DNA of 64,000 nt from Epiperipatus broadwayi. Lineage: Eukaryota; Animalia; Onychophora. Location: NCBI GenBank assembly GCA_028023455.1, contig JAQFVV010000004.1:23994001-24058000 (forward strand), in the 5' to 3' direction. Under the pieces are notes generated by a model, which did no database searches, had not been told where the DNA came from, and saw nothing but the letters and a program-made list of their open reading frames with translations. This document shows, piece by piece, positions 39,784 through 52,363 of the stretch. The position numbers were made by a program, and so were the translations under genes. Position 1 is the stretch's first letter; each line of letters opens with the position of its first letter.

Positions 39784-40399
39784 TAATATAATGAGTGTGC
39801 TAATAGCTCTAAACAAGCTTTTCGGATATATGCTGCAAGAGAAAGCATTTAAAATCTCTATCTAGAATGATCCCTATCTCCAAACTGGTTTGATCTGATG
39901 GCTCTCATCAGTGAGGCACTAAAACATTCAGACACTAGATCCAAAATACAAACTCAAGCCAGGTATTATCTAATGCTTAATTATTAAGTAGAAAATCTGA
40001 AAATTTCAGACATTTATATATCTTCAAATCCAGCTATCTATCTTAAATAGTATATGGGTTTGGACAAACTTCATTTACACCATATATTAATAGCCTTAGC
40101 AATATAATATCACCAAAGCCTCAAAAGCCAAACTACAATAGAAAGGAAATCAAGTCATACATCATGTGACTTAGTTTAATAAGCTTGTATTACAAATGTA
40201 ATATAATGAACATGCTAATAGCTCTAAAGCTTTCTGATAGATGCTGCAAGAGAAAGCATTTAAAATCTCTATCTAGAATTATCCCTATCCTCAAACTGTT
40301 TTTGAGATAATGTTTAGAGCTATTAGCACACTCATTATATTCCATTTGTATACAAGCTTATTAAATTAAGTCATGTGATGTAGGCTTTGATTTTCTTAC
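39784..40399 (-). mobile_element. HHR-bearing PLE-type non-autonomous element, family 2 (415-bp unit, ~1.25 copies plus inverted arm)
   Basis: Direct repeat 39783-39890 / 40198-40300 (period 415 bp). Inverted arm 40308-40399 mirrors 40138-40230. TSD TATCA(T/C)AGTTC(A/T)CTTG at 39768-39783 and 40400-40415. Confidence 0.8.
39877..39917 (-). ncRNA. Degenerate type I hammerhead, family 2
   Basis: Minus strand GCCTCA-CTGATGA-GAG-CCATCAG-ATC-AAA-CCAG-TT-TGGAGA. The partial second copy (40289-40306) reads CTC-AAAA-ACAG-TT-TGAGG, which restores helix II GAG/CTC and helix I CCTCA/TGAGG. Confidence 0.6.
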
Positions 40400-41829
40400 T
40401 ATCACAGTTCTCTTGAACATCTAAGTCACATTAAAAAAATGTTAAAATTTATTCTTCACTGTTATTTAGTATGTTTTCTGAAACAATCATTTTATTTTCC
40501 TGATATATTTTTTTTATAGTTGTGAGAGATGCCAAATTATGACTAATCTACAGGATTATTCAGCTTTTTGTCTTGGGAAAAATACCTCAAATTCCATCAT
40601 TAATATTGGTGGGCAGTAACTAAATTTATTGTTTGAAAAAGGTCTCACTAATATTTAAATCATGTAATAGCAAAAGTTGTGAAAAATGTATAATATTGCC
40701 ATTATGTCTACTAATTCAATCTGAGTGTATGGTTTGCATAAATTAAAGCGTACCATTTAAAAAAACAATATATGAATCTGATAGCTTCCAATCCACCAAA
40801 TGTTGAAATAGTCAGCAGATGTAATGAGTCTTTGCAATGTTACTAAAGGATCAAAAGAATATAATGATTTGGTTCTAAATCATGATGTTCTCATCACCTT
40901 GATTTATAATCAAAAGAAGGAAATCAGCTAATAATATCCTCTTGCTGATCACTAGTTAAAATTTTTCTCATAGTTGAGAACAGTACATAAGGTTATTCAC
41001 CCAAACAAATAAAATTTTCAGTCATTTACAACACTGTTCTTACTCTCATAATATCAATGCTTCTACATTGTATTATTTATACCATAAAATATTAAAAAAA
41101 TACAACTCAATCAGAGTCGATTGCTCTAGTACATTATCAACCAATGTAGATGCCATTGCAGTAATTTGCTTTATTACGTTTTGCATATACATTTGTAGGG
41201 TTTTTATTTTTACTATATTCCTTCATAATATACTAGCCAATTTTGTTTTCTTATTCTTAGTAAATGCAGATATCATTCCAAAACATTAAAAAGATATGTA
41301 GTTTTGGATACTGACCATTCAATTACAATGATATCAACAATTTGAGTATTTTAATACTTAGATGAGTTTGGTATTTCTTTTAGCAGACATATAAAACCAA
41401 AATTAATTTCCTATCAGGTAGTTCTCAAACAACTTATTTATAGATTTGTCTGTAAATAAAAAATAAATTTAAGATATGAATTTCTATTTTTGTATTGTGC
41501 TAATGTTAGAAGTGTTTATCATTATTTTATTCAATCTTTAAACAAACAAATACACACACACATTAAGTATATAAAAACAGTCCACACCTTAACAATACTA
41601 AACCACACCAAAATCCTCAATCTATTTATTGACAAAGCAACCATTTAGATAAAAATGAATACCCACTTTTATTTATGGTTAATATGTTTATATAAACACT
41701 AAAGATTGACACTTGAATAGAAACAGATTGAATTTTATAATTCAAATAAGTTTAAATAAATCTCATTAAACAAGCAAAATTAACCTGTTTTTGAAAGCAG
41801 AGTAATAAATAGTCAATTTTACTTTCAAA

Positions 41830-44235
41830 CTGCCCTAAAACCATATATTACTTGGATAATGAACCTTCAATTAGACCCTTCCATAACAAATCACTCAAAC
41901 TATAGGTGCACAATCTGACTAATAACTAAATCTAACACTCCTGAGTGGATTTTTTCCGAGGCTTATATTCTACTAAATAAAATACATGTGCTTACCTTAC
42001 CTCCACTTCAGGCCTGGTCATCACTCATTGAAATTTTGAGCTCACTAATAGATTTCCACACCAGAACCAAGGTCCCAATCAATTGCTAAAAGACCTTGAA
42101 TCCATCAGCAATAGATTCAGCACACTCCCACATACAGACATCAGTACACGCAATATTACAGATCTAAAAATGCAATACTACGAGAAACAGAAGATTTTGG
42201 TGCAATACATCACAACCAAAAGGTCTAGGATTTTCTTGTCTAATCAGCACAACTGGACACGTAGCTACATCAGATGGGCGTTAGGCTCCACTTAAGCGAT
42301 CAACCCCCACCATGATTGAAATTGATCACCAATCTTTACTGCAGACCAGAAATGCTTGGGGAAAATACACGATCACTTCACCACCAAATTACTTCTTATA
42401 AAAATTATCGAATCAATAGTAAAAGACAGAATCCAAGAACAACTCTATCTGCACATCTCCAAACACCAATTTGCAAGAAAATTGCCTCCACATAAGATGC
42501 AGTACAATGATTTATGCTCATAACACAACATATCAGGTTGTGCAGAAAGACAAAACTGTTAGTCATACAACTCGACTTCTCATCTACATTCGACTCTGTT
42601 GTCCCATCAATACTAATTCAAACATTGAAAGAATACCAAGTGCCTGAGGTTTTTACAAATATCATAGGAAACCTTCTTTTCAACCACTCCTGTTTCACCT
42701 CTCTAGATGGACGAATATCCAAGGGAATCAGACCTCATCTGTTGATCCCACAAGGATCACCATTGGCCACTCTATGTTTCATCTCCTACATTAACCCCCT
42801 CCTTACAGAAATCGAATGCAGCATGCCTGGCATATACATCCCCACATTAAAGCACCAGGTACATCATATCTCCTATGTCGATGATATATCAATCTTCCTG
42901 CCAGAACAAAAGTTTTTTCAGCCTCTCATGCAAATTATCAACAAGCACGTCAAAAAATTAAACCTGAAAATCAACTATGATAAATCCTCAAGGTGGAAGA
43001 TCACTACAGGATCAGTAATATCTTCTATCTTCACATCTCAACCTCAAAAATTTCTGGGGTTTCCCATATCAAAGTCAATGTTAGCCATGACTAAAGAAAT
43101 AAACTCAATACTAGAAAAAACTCACAAAATAGTAACCTCACTTTCCAGAGTCACCCTATCACTGCCTGGAAAAACATCCCTATTAAACATGTTAATTTTT
43201 CCCAGGTTGAACTATTTTCTTCCAGTAATTAGGCCTACTAAGACTTTTGAAACTGCAATGAACTCATTATGCTCCAGGCTTCTATGGAAAGGCAAAGTAG
43301 CTGCCATAAGTATATTCAAAATGCATATGCCAAAGAACATGAATGGGTTAGGCCTCCATTCCATATCCACACTTTTCCTTCAAAAAGTGATGGGTGTGAT
43401 AAGATCCACATATCACAGATACCTGGAACATGAACAATTTATTTCTGTAAATCCGACCACCACCTTTTTCTAGCAAGTGGCTGACAGAGCTATGGAAACA
43501 CATCACTAATACAATAACATTAACAAAACCTATTTTAGATGCAAAGAAAACATATTGGCAGACATATAAATTAAGATACCCAAACCTCACTGCCTCTCAA
43601 CAATCGCTAGGACTAAATAACAAGTCACTGATACATAAATCAAAAAACTGGTACATCGAGTCCAAATACATAGACTTTCTGATAAAAGTAAACCTAGACT
43701 CCCTACCTACAAATCACTTCTTGGTCACAAGAAGAGGATTCGCCAAGCTCAACATGCTATGTCAGCTGTGCTCAACTGCAGGTGAAACTATTACTCATCT
43801 TTTGTATTCCTGCTCTTATTTAAGCCCAACAGGTGTCCTTTGACCACAGATATTCCTTCTGCATCCAAAATGCTATTAAGGCAGGAGTTTATTCCACCAT
43901 CAGAACCTCCATATTCCTTACATTTGTGCTTGGGCTCACCAAGATGCAAGCACATCTTCGGGTGCTCAGATAATAATGTTAGAGACACCTACATCAAAAT
44001 TTTGACAAATTTTTGTGACAGAGATCGGACTTCTGGCAGCCAATAGATTACACACTGAATTCTGGGCTGGTGTCAACCTGTCATAAGAAAATAAAATATC
44101 CCTCAGCTTCACTTGTATAAAGAGATGATAATATCTAGCATCAGTTTTTAAGTCAAAACTCAAGTTTATATAGACACTGTTATTTATGCATCTTTTAGCT
44201 AATAAATTTTATTTTAAAAAAATAAATAAATAAAG
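41830..44235 (+). mobile_element. 5'-truncated L1/Tx1-type LINE
   Basis: RT ORF 42514-43473; downstream zf-RVT CQLCSTAGETITHLLYSC ~43757-43812; AATAAA and A-rich tail at 44200-44235. Confidence 0.85.
42514..43473 (+). CDS. Reverse transcriptase fragment of L1/Tx1-type LINE (part of disrupted ORF2)
   Basis: QLDFSSTFDSV, IPQGSPLATLCF, HHISYVDDISIF, LNLKINYDKS and KFLGFPI are the non-LTR RT domains; SLPGKTSLLNMLIFPRLNY is typical of L1-clade RTs. Confidence 0.85.
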   Translation: MLITQHIRLCRKTKLLVIQLDFSSTFDSVVPSILIQTLKEYQVPEVFTNIIGNLLFNHSCFTSLDGRISKGIRPHLLIPQGSPLATLCFISYINPLLTEIECSMPGIYIPTLKHQVHHISYVDDISIFLPEQKFFQPLMQIINKHVKKLNLKINYDKSSRWKITTGSVISSIFTSQPQKFLGFPISKSMLAMTKEINSILEKTHKIVTSLSRVTLSLPGKTSLLNMLIFPRLNYFLPVIRPTKTFETAMNSLCSRLLWKGKVAAISIFKMHMPKNMNGLGLHSISTLFLQKVMGVIRSTYHRYLEHEQFISVNPTTTFF

Positions 44236-44933
44236 CTAATAATACTCAAATGTAAATACATTAAACAATATCAAGAATTTCAATTTATTTGTTGTCAATG
44301 CACCTTTTTTATAATAATTAAAAAATTATATCTGGATAGAAACTTCAATTTAGCAACTTTCAAGTCTAATATTACTTTTATTGTTAATTTTGAATCCAAT
44401 TAAACCTGAAAATTTACCGTGATTAGTTGTACTCCTTAGTTAAAGTTTAGTGGTATTGAATTTCAACATTGAATAAAGAAGACTGATTTTATAATAAATA
44501 TTTTATTAAATCTTTGAATATTATAAGTATTACTATAGAAGGTACTGCTTCAATTTTATTAAAACTATGAACAAATTTCTATAAATTTTTACTCAGATTA
44601 AAACTCTTACATTTAAATTCTTAACATTTTAATATTTAGGTATTTAAATATTAAAGAAGATGATCCAGAGATAACATAGCAGATTAGTGAGATAAAGGTT
44701 CTTGAATTAATTTCTAACTCAGAAAAGTATAAAAGAAGTAATCTCAGTATTTGATTAAACTAGCAAATACAACTATTGGGTATGGGATTTTTTATATATT
44801 TATGTTAATGTGTTTTCAATCAAGATTAAAAGTGAGACTATTGTATAAATGAGCACAATAAGTAACTATGAATCCATCTTGAACCTTTTTTTTAATTGAG
44901 ATTTTTTGAGGAAATAACCTAAATATAATATAT

Positions 44934-45136
44934 CACATGAACACCATTTCTTATGCTTACACAAGCTGGATGTTTACACAGAGGCTACAGTAGTGCCACC
45001 AGTGCAAGCCACAGTAATCAATGGATGCAAAAAGATTTGTGCATAAAACCCCTATCTGGTGTACAAGCCTTTTTGCGCCTCATTGATTACTCTGGCTTGC
45101 AGTGGTGGTGCTACTGTATGGAGAGTTTAGCCTCTG
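44934..45136. mobile_element. Short palindromic (HHR-less) insertion of family 1
   Basis: The left arm contains ATCACATGAACACCATTTCTTATGCTT and TACAGTAGTGCCACCAGTGCAAGCC; the right arm reads CATTGATTACTCTGGCTTGCA...CTGTATGGAGAGTTT. Possible TSD TATAATATAT at 44924-44933 and 45137-45146. Confidence 0.75.
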
Positions 45137-47374
45137 TATAATATATATATATATGCATCCTTGCTTGTTATTTTCTATTTTTTAATTAAATAACAATCAA
45201 ATTATTCAATTATGTCTAGATTTTATGGAACGTGATAACAACCTTTGCAAACTGTAGGCCAGCAGGCTAGTCTTTATTAATGAATTGATGTCAGAGAATA
45301 ATTCAAATTTTAATTACTTTTATTTCTGAATGAGTGATAATAATTTTAATTTCCACAATAATGTTTACTAATATTAACATTTAATGATATTCAATTTGCA
45401 TAATATTTTTTTTAAAAATTAACTGAAAAACAAAATCTTGAGGAATTCTATTTCATTCAGTAACAAAGAAAATTGATTTTTTATTTTTTTTTAAATTCTT
45501 GAAAACAATTTTACTTAAAATACTTCTAAAATAAATATATATTTAAGAAAGTTGTTTAAAAAATCAATAATTTTCATAAAATATTATTTTATATTTGAAA
45601 AAAAAAAAGTTTCGTTTATATTTATCCATTTGACTATATTTATTATATATGCAGAATATGTTTTGCATGACTGTTCTTTATTCAGGAATAAAATTTATCA
45701 AAATATATTCAATCTGATCAAACAGAGTTATATCAAAGGATTTTGTGATTATTTAATAAGTGTTTACAAAAATTATACAAGTATTTCTGAAACTCAAACA
45801 CTATATAAGAAATAGAAAATAGTAAACCATTACACAAATAGGTGATTACAAAAACACAAGTGGAAGTAATAAGGCAAAAGAAAAGCAAAAAATTATAAAG
45901 ATTTAAATAATTGAAAATACTAAGTAAAAAGAAAAAAACAACACCAATATCTAGCATTTGATGACCCAATATTTTATTCTATTCTATGAGATTGCATGAG
46001 ATACACGGGATTTTGGAGAAAAAATGCTTACACTAAACTTTTGGGTAGCCAAATATTATCATGAGATGTTCTTTCACATATTCCTTCATTAGAAATCAGA
46101 AAGTTGTCTCGCAGAAAATAAATAAAAAGATGTTAAGTATACTAGACCTATCAATAATTCAACATATAGTTTCATCTTCTGAGACTTGTATCAATCTAAA
46201 TTTTCTGTTTGGATGTTCAATTGAGATTCCACAAACAAAAAATTGTGCCATAAAAAAAATGAACAAGAAATAAACAATTTTTTTTTTCTAGATCCAACAA
46301 TAAAGGTTAGCTGGATTTGATCTTAAATATTACTGAAATCTCATGATAATTGGATTCATCTATTTTGCAAATGGAATTTAAGTCATTTATCTAAATACAT
46401 ATGGATAAACATAAACCACATAATTAATTATTATCAAATCTATGACTATTGTGGCAGAATTGAAAAGTTTAACAAAGCCACTAGTAATCTATCTCTGATT
46501 GGAATGTCAATAAGTTTTTAAATAACATTTTGTTAATAGTTATCTAAAAAACAGAAATGCAATACATCAAATAAATTGTTTATATTTATATGTTTAAAGT
46601 ATGAGGGTGTTTTTTTAATTACAAAAATATAAAAATAAAATCGTAGTTAAATAATTTTAATAAAGTTGAAAAGTTAAAAGATGTAGCTTTATCACTATAT
46701 ATTTAAAAAAATATCACTAATGTATTTATTGTTTATTGAATTAAAAGTCTTCCATCAAGAATAATAATGTCTAACATAATCAAAAATAATTAATCTCATT
46801 AAGATATGTTACAAAAAGTAATTCTTATGAATAGGTGCATTATTTAAAAAAAAGCACTAATAAGATAAATTTATATAATACATATGCGATTTCTTTTACA
46901 CTTGTTTTCCATTTACTTTTAAAAAAAGATTATAAAAGAGAATAATGAAATAATAAGTTAACATTTTGTTAAGCTCTATCTGTCTACATTTTTTATTCGT
47001 ATTTTAGATTTTTTTTTAAAAAACAAATTCATAATATATGGCTTTGATTTTTTTCACAAACTGCAATAAGTTTTTTGTTCTCTCTCATTTCTGCCTCTAT
47101 AATTAAATTTATCTACTCCACTTTCACTTTTCAAATAATTTTCAATTTTGACATTAAAATCTTTCATAATAATTTTAAAATGTTTTATCTCATCAAAACC
47201 ACTCCCTCTATATAAAACTCCTCTACACATTCATTATAAAATGAAAACTTCTTGAGGATAACTAATCTTTCTATGTTGTATGATACATCACCAATATTTA
47301 CAATCTACTTATGCTTCCAATATTTGAACCTTAGTAAAATACATATTAACTCTTTAATTCAATGTATGATCTTT

Positions 47375-48160
47375 TTAAGTCATTTAGATTTTGCAGATGA
47401 TGTAGTTGTTTTTGCAAATAATGCTTCAGAGCTGCAGGAAATGTTGCAGGAGTTATCAGATGAAAGTAGGACTAAAGATAAATGTTAAAAAGACTAAAAT
47501 AATGTTTAATCAATTTGCTCAAAATATAAAAATAAAGATTGATTATGATGAATTAGAAGAAGTTAACAGTTACAAATACCTTGGTCAGATTATTAATACA
47601 GATGGAAACATAATGGAGGAAATTAATCATAGAATTAAACTTGGTTAGAGTGCTTTTGGTAGAAATAACTTGATACTAAAATGAAATATGCCTATGTGTT
47701 TAAAAAGGAAGGTTTTTAACAAATGTGTTTTATCAGTTCTTACTTATGGATCTGAGACTTGGACACTTAATAGAAGAGCAATGCAGAGACTTCAGCCCAC
47801 TCAAAGAAGTATGGAGAGATGTATGTTGGAAGTAACAAGAAGAGATCGAAAACACAATGTATGGGTAAGAGAACAAACAGGTGTTACTGACCTCATTGAA
47901 AAAATTAAAAGATAGAAGTGGAGTTGGGCTGGACATATTCCTAGAAGAGATGATAATAGATGGAAAATTAAAATTTTAAACTGGATTCCAAGAGATTGTA
48001 AAAGATCCAGAAAGAGATCATATGTGAAATGGATGGATGAAATAAGAAAGTGTGCAGGAGTGATGTGGAAAAAAGAAGCTAAAGATTGGAGGAGTTGGAT
48101 TAAACTTGGAGAGACCTTCATCCTGCAGTGGATTGACAATGGTTGATGATGATGATGATC
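47375..48160 (+). mobile_element. 3' fragment of RTE-clade LINE (RT C-terminus, (GAT)n tail)
   Basis: DFADDVVVFA...GLKINVKKTKIM...YKYLGQ...LKRKVFNKCVLSVLTYGSETW...SMERCML...KWSWAGHI.R..D.RW, ending TTGACAATGGTTGATGATGATGATGAT. Confidence 0.92.
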
Positions 48161-49539
48161 CCATTTCATATAACTTCACTAAATCTGATAATATCCTATT
48201 TGATAATGAACAATTTCTCCTTTAATTTATGCTCTTTATTTTTTATATTAAAAAGTTTTACAGTTGTAAGTAGCTAAATAAAAGATCAGCATGGAATGGG
48301 GACCTAGTTCTGAATCAAGGCTGTATTATTTGTTATTTACTGTTTTGGTTGATAGCTTTCATATCTCCAAAAAATCAGAACCATAATTTATTTTTGTCTG
48401 ACATGATTGGGAATGCAAAAGAGAATCAACCACACTCAAGCTCTCATTCACCCTGCTTTTAAAAAAAAAAAAAAATTCAATGTCTCAATTTAAATCTATC
48501 AAGCATCTGAGAAGAAAGAAAACTCGAGATGTTTTCTTACTCTTAAACATAAAGGCAAAAGACAGTAAACTCTCCATATTGGCTAATATGTATTGGTGCA
48601 AATTCCATTTTTTATTTCCACACAAATAATTGTTTGGTAATAATGGTCACAAAGGTTAGAACATAAGATTTCAAGGAAATATCAAAAAGTGTCATTTTGG
48701 CTAACAGAAAACTTCTTTTTGTAGCCATATAAAATTATGACATAATATTTAAAAATTTAGAAAGTAAAAAAATAGAAAAAATATTATCAACACAAATTTA
48801 GATAACAATGACATCTAAACACAATTATAGTAGAAATTTTAGTAAATAAATTTGTTGATGATGCAATAATCTATCTTGCTATAGTTTAATATGAGGATAA
48901 GTCTTTAATCTGCAATTTTTTTTATTATATAAAAAAAATGTTCTTTTCATTGATCAAAAAGTTACTATGCGATTTAAAAATCTAAAACTTTTTTTTATAT
49001 TAAAACTATTTGTAAATGAATTTTGCTGTCTCCTTAAATATAATTTTTATAAAATATCCATAGAAAATCAATTAATTAGTAAACAAATTCTCGAGATTAT
49101 ATATATAAATTAAAGACAAAATTTTTGTTTGTCAGCCTGTAGCAGATCAAAATCTAGTTTCAGTAGAGAAAGGCAAATTTTTTTATTCATAATACGGTTA
49201 ATCAAATAAATAATGCAAATATATTTGTCAAAAGTGAAATAAGAAATCCAAGAAAACATTTTAATGTCATTTCAAAAAAAAAAAAATAATAAATGAAACC
49301 TGACAAAAATTTTTAATTCATTGTCTTTTGAAAGTATTGAAGTTAAATGGGGTCCATATACTTAGTGAAAAAGCAGATTCTTAAAAGAGACAAATATTTA
49401 TTATTTCTATATTAAATATTTGCAATATATATAAAAAAAAATGTTACTTATGATGAGAGTCTAATTTTAAGATAAAATATTTTTATCATTATTAAAATTG
49501 AAATTAAGTGTTGAACAATGATTAATTAACAAAGTACTG

Positions 49540-50096
49540 TTATTAAAACAGGCAAAACTCTCGTACAGTAATGCCACTCAGTGCAAGCCAGAGTAATCAA
49601 TGGATGCCAGAGCAAGCATAAGAAAATGTGATCATGTGATGTTTAGTGGTTTAATACCAATCCTGCCTAATAGGATAGAGATGGCTATGGTTATTAAAGA
49701 ACCAAAGATACTAAAATGTATGGGTACTAAATGAGTTTAGACCTATATAAGCTAATGTGCTTAGATTGAAAATATTATTGTGTTTTCAATATTATTCTCA
49801 TGGTATTGTAGTTAGTTAGACATAAAGGTGGCTGCTGGAGGGTTGCATTAGATCCTACGATCTAGGTGCAGTGCTCTCAGATCCAAGGCTCCTCACTGAT
49901 GAAGGCCACAAGCCAGAAACTAGTCTGGGGGTATTGGATGAGCAGGCATTAGATAGGAATTTATGCAAAAGATGCCTTCTGGCATCCATTGATTACTTTG
50001 GCTTGCACTGAGTAGCACTACTGTATGGAGAGTTTTACCTGTTTTAATAACAGTTATGAGCAAGCATAAGAAATGGTGATCTTGATATTTAGTGGT
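49540..50096 (+). mobile_element. Best-preserved HHR element of family 1: inverted arm plus 448-bp unit plus tandem overrun, 14-bp TSD
   Basis: Inverted arm 49540-49610. The unit starts GAGCAAGCATAAG at 49610 and the motif recurs at 50058 (period 448). Direct repeat TTAACAAAGTACTG at 49526-49539 and 50097-50110. Confidence 0.85.
49890..49931 (+). ncRNA. Minimal type I hammerhead ribozyme (family 1), predicted cleavage after 49925
   Basis: TCCTCA-CTGATGA-A-GGC-CACAA-GCC-A-GAAA-CTAG-TC^TGGGGG: intact core, helix I 6 bp with G-U pairs, helix II GGC/GCC, palindromic CUAG loop, GUC triplet. Confidence 0.75.
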
Positions 50097-51284
50097 TTAA
50101 CAAAGTACTGCATGTTATATATGTTTGACTAATAATCAAATTATAATTTAAAATTGATTATTAATTTGTATTTTATTTTTATTTGTTATATATTTATATC
50201 CACAACTTTTTAACTTTTTTTTTACTATTTTAAAAAATCTTGAGCTTCCGTTATATTTATTAGCATTAATTTAAAAAATTAGGTGTAAGTTTTGTGATTT
50301 TGCTTGAATGTAATAAGAGCAAAACAAAAGTGTAACTTCACATACTTGTATATATAAAAAATGATAGAAACTTTTTATTGCGAGTGAATTAAGTGGTCCA
50401 TTTCCTATCATGGGGGTGATCAGTGCAGAAAATGTCTTGGCATACCTTTTTAAACAATAGCTTTTTTTTATTAGTTCACATTTTATGTCAAATTTTTATT
50501 ATATCTTAAAAAGATTACATTGTTTTTGTTGATTCATATGCAAAAAATTAATGACACTACATTGTTCAATAACAACTTGTTTCTTATTTTAAAAATAAAG
50601 TTGACAGGTAAAATTGATATTTCACTTTCTCATTTTTTTCAATAAATTTAAGAATATTATATGTTACTTTAACGTATGAAAAAAAAACTTTTGCAAACAT
50701 ACATCTTTTATACATTTTAGAAGAAAAAAAGAATACTCCTAATAATAATATAATGCTAAAGCCTGATTTTAAGAATTTAAGCATTTATGTGATTAAATTT
50801 TTTTAGATATTATTACTCTAAAAAATAGTCATTATTAAATAAAGTATTTTCCATAGGATGAGCAATACCAGTGAATATTAATATTTTCACTTTAAGGATA
50901 AAGGTGCAGATCATAAGTTGTGTTTGATTAAGTTACACCTAAAGTTAAAAAGAATAACAATGCTTGATATATAATTTTAAAACATATTTATAATTTTCAA
51001 GTCATGTAAAATTTCATATGTAATTTATAAAAAATAGAGATAAAACTTTTTAGTACTTAAGGATAATTCTGGACAAAAGATTGATTATGGATAATTTCAG
51101 ACACCAAGGTTGGCAGCCATGTTTTTTTTAATTATACATATTCAGGAGCATAGTTATCCTGTAACTATAATGAATACATTTTACTTTAATATTAAAAAAT
51201 AGCAATAAATGTATTCTAAATTCCATTCACAACATGGAATTAATTACATTTTTTTAAATATCATAACATGTATAAACACTAAAG

Positions 51285-51510
51285 CTTATTAAGCAAGAAA
51301 AAAAATCACCAGGAGAGAATACTTCCAGAGTAGTGGTTATTCAGTGGCTGCTGCAGATATAAATAAATGCTTTATAATAACTTCCATGGAGAACAGTTAC
51401 TATTGTTATAGAGGTTATTAAAGAAATTTAACTGATGGTTTTATGATTTATTCTGATAACTGGAAGGCATTGAACATTATAAGGTGAATCACAGATATAA
51501 CTTGCTTGGA
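51285..51510 (+). pseudogene. Merlin (ISXO2/IS1016-like) transposase C-terminal fragment
   Basis: KNHQERILPE*WLFSGCCR...IYSDNWKA...HYKVNHRYN matches the Merlin pattern K.H.GR.L...W.FGG.CR...IYSD.WK....H..VNH..NF. Confidence 0.7.
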
Positions 51511-52363
51511 TTATTAAATTTCTTTTACTTAAAATTTATCATTGTAGTTTCATATAATTTCTGTGAATGGAATTTATAATATATTTATTGCTATTTTTTA
51601 AAATTAACAGGAATTAATAATGATTTATTGAATATTTTTAACATTAACAAGTAAATCATATTTGTTAGGGTTATGGAATAACTATTCCACTGAAAATGTA
51701 TAATAAAAAAAAACAACATAGCTGCCGATTTTTGTGTCCAGAATTTTTTGCAATAAATTTTGATGTCTGGAATAGGGATTGATTTAATTAATTTCTGGAC
51801 CTCATGCCTTTATTTTAAGTTAAATCTAAAATCTCAATTGTGGTTGAAGAAACAATTTTTTTTTTTGCTTTTTAATGCACAATAAATAAAAGCATGTAAT
51901 ATAAAAAAAAATATTTCTACTTATTTTTAACTTTTTAGTATTGACAAAGTAAATAAAAATGTAAAAATATATTCCTAATTTAATCAATTTGATACTTATG
52001 ATTTACATATATCACTAGATATTTCTGCATTAAGTTAATGTGTATACTCCTTATGTATATAATGAAGTATTAAGTAACTTAAAATCTGAAGACATACTTT
52101 CTGATGAAAATTGTTTGAAATTTTTATTATTATTTGGAAATATATATTTTTAAAAAAATGCATAACAAAACTATATTGTAACTAACGTTGGTACTTTGGC
52201 ATTATTCCTACTATGACATATAACTCTGGTAATATTTACTCCAGAAATATTTATTCAAAGTTTCTGTTCATTATTACATGGCAAGAAAATCCTAGCATGA
52301 CTAATCCAGTGAGCTTTTCATATATATATACATGTCACCAAGTTGTAAAACATGCTGACCTGC

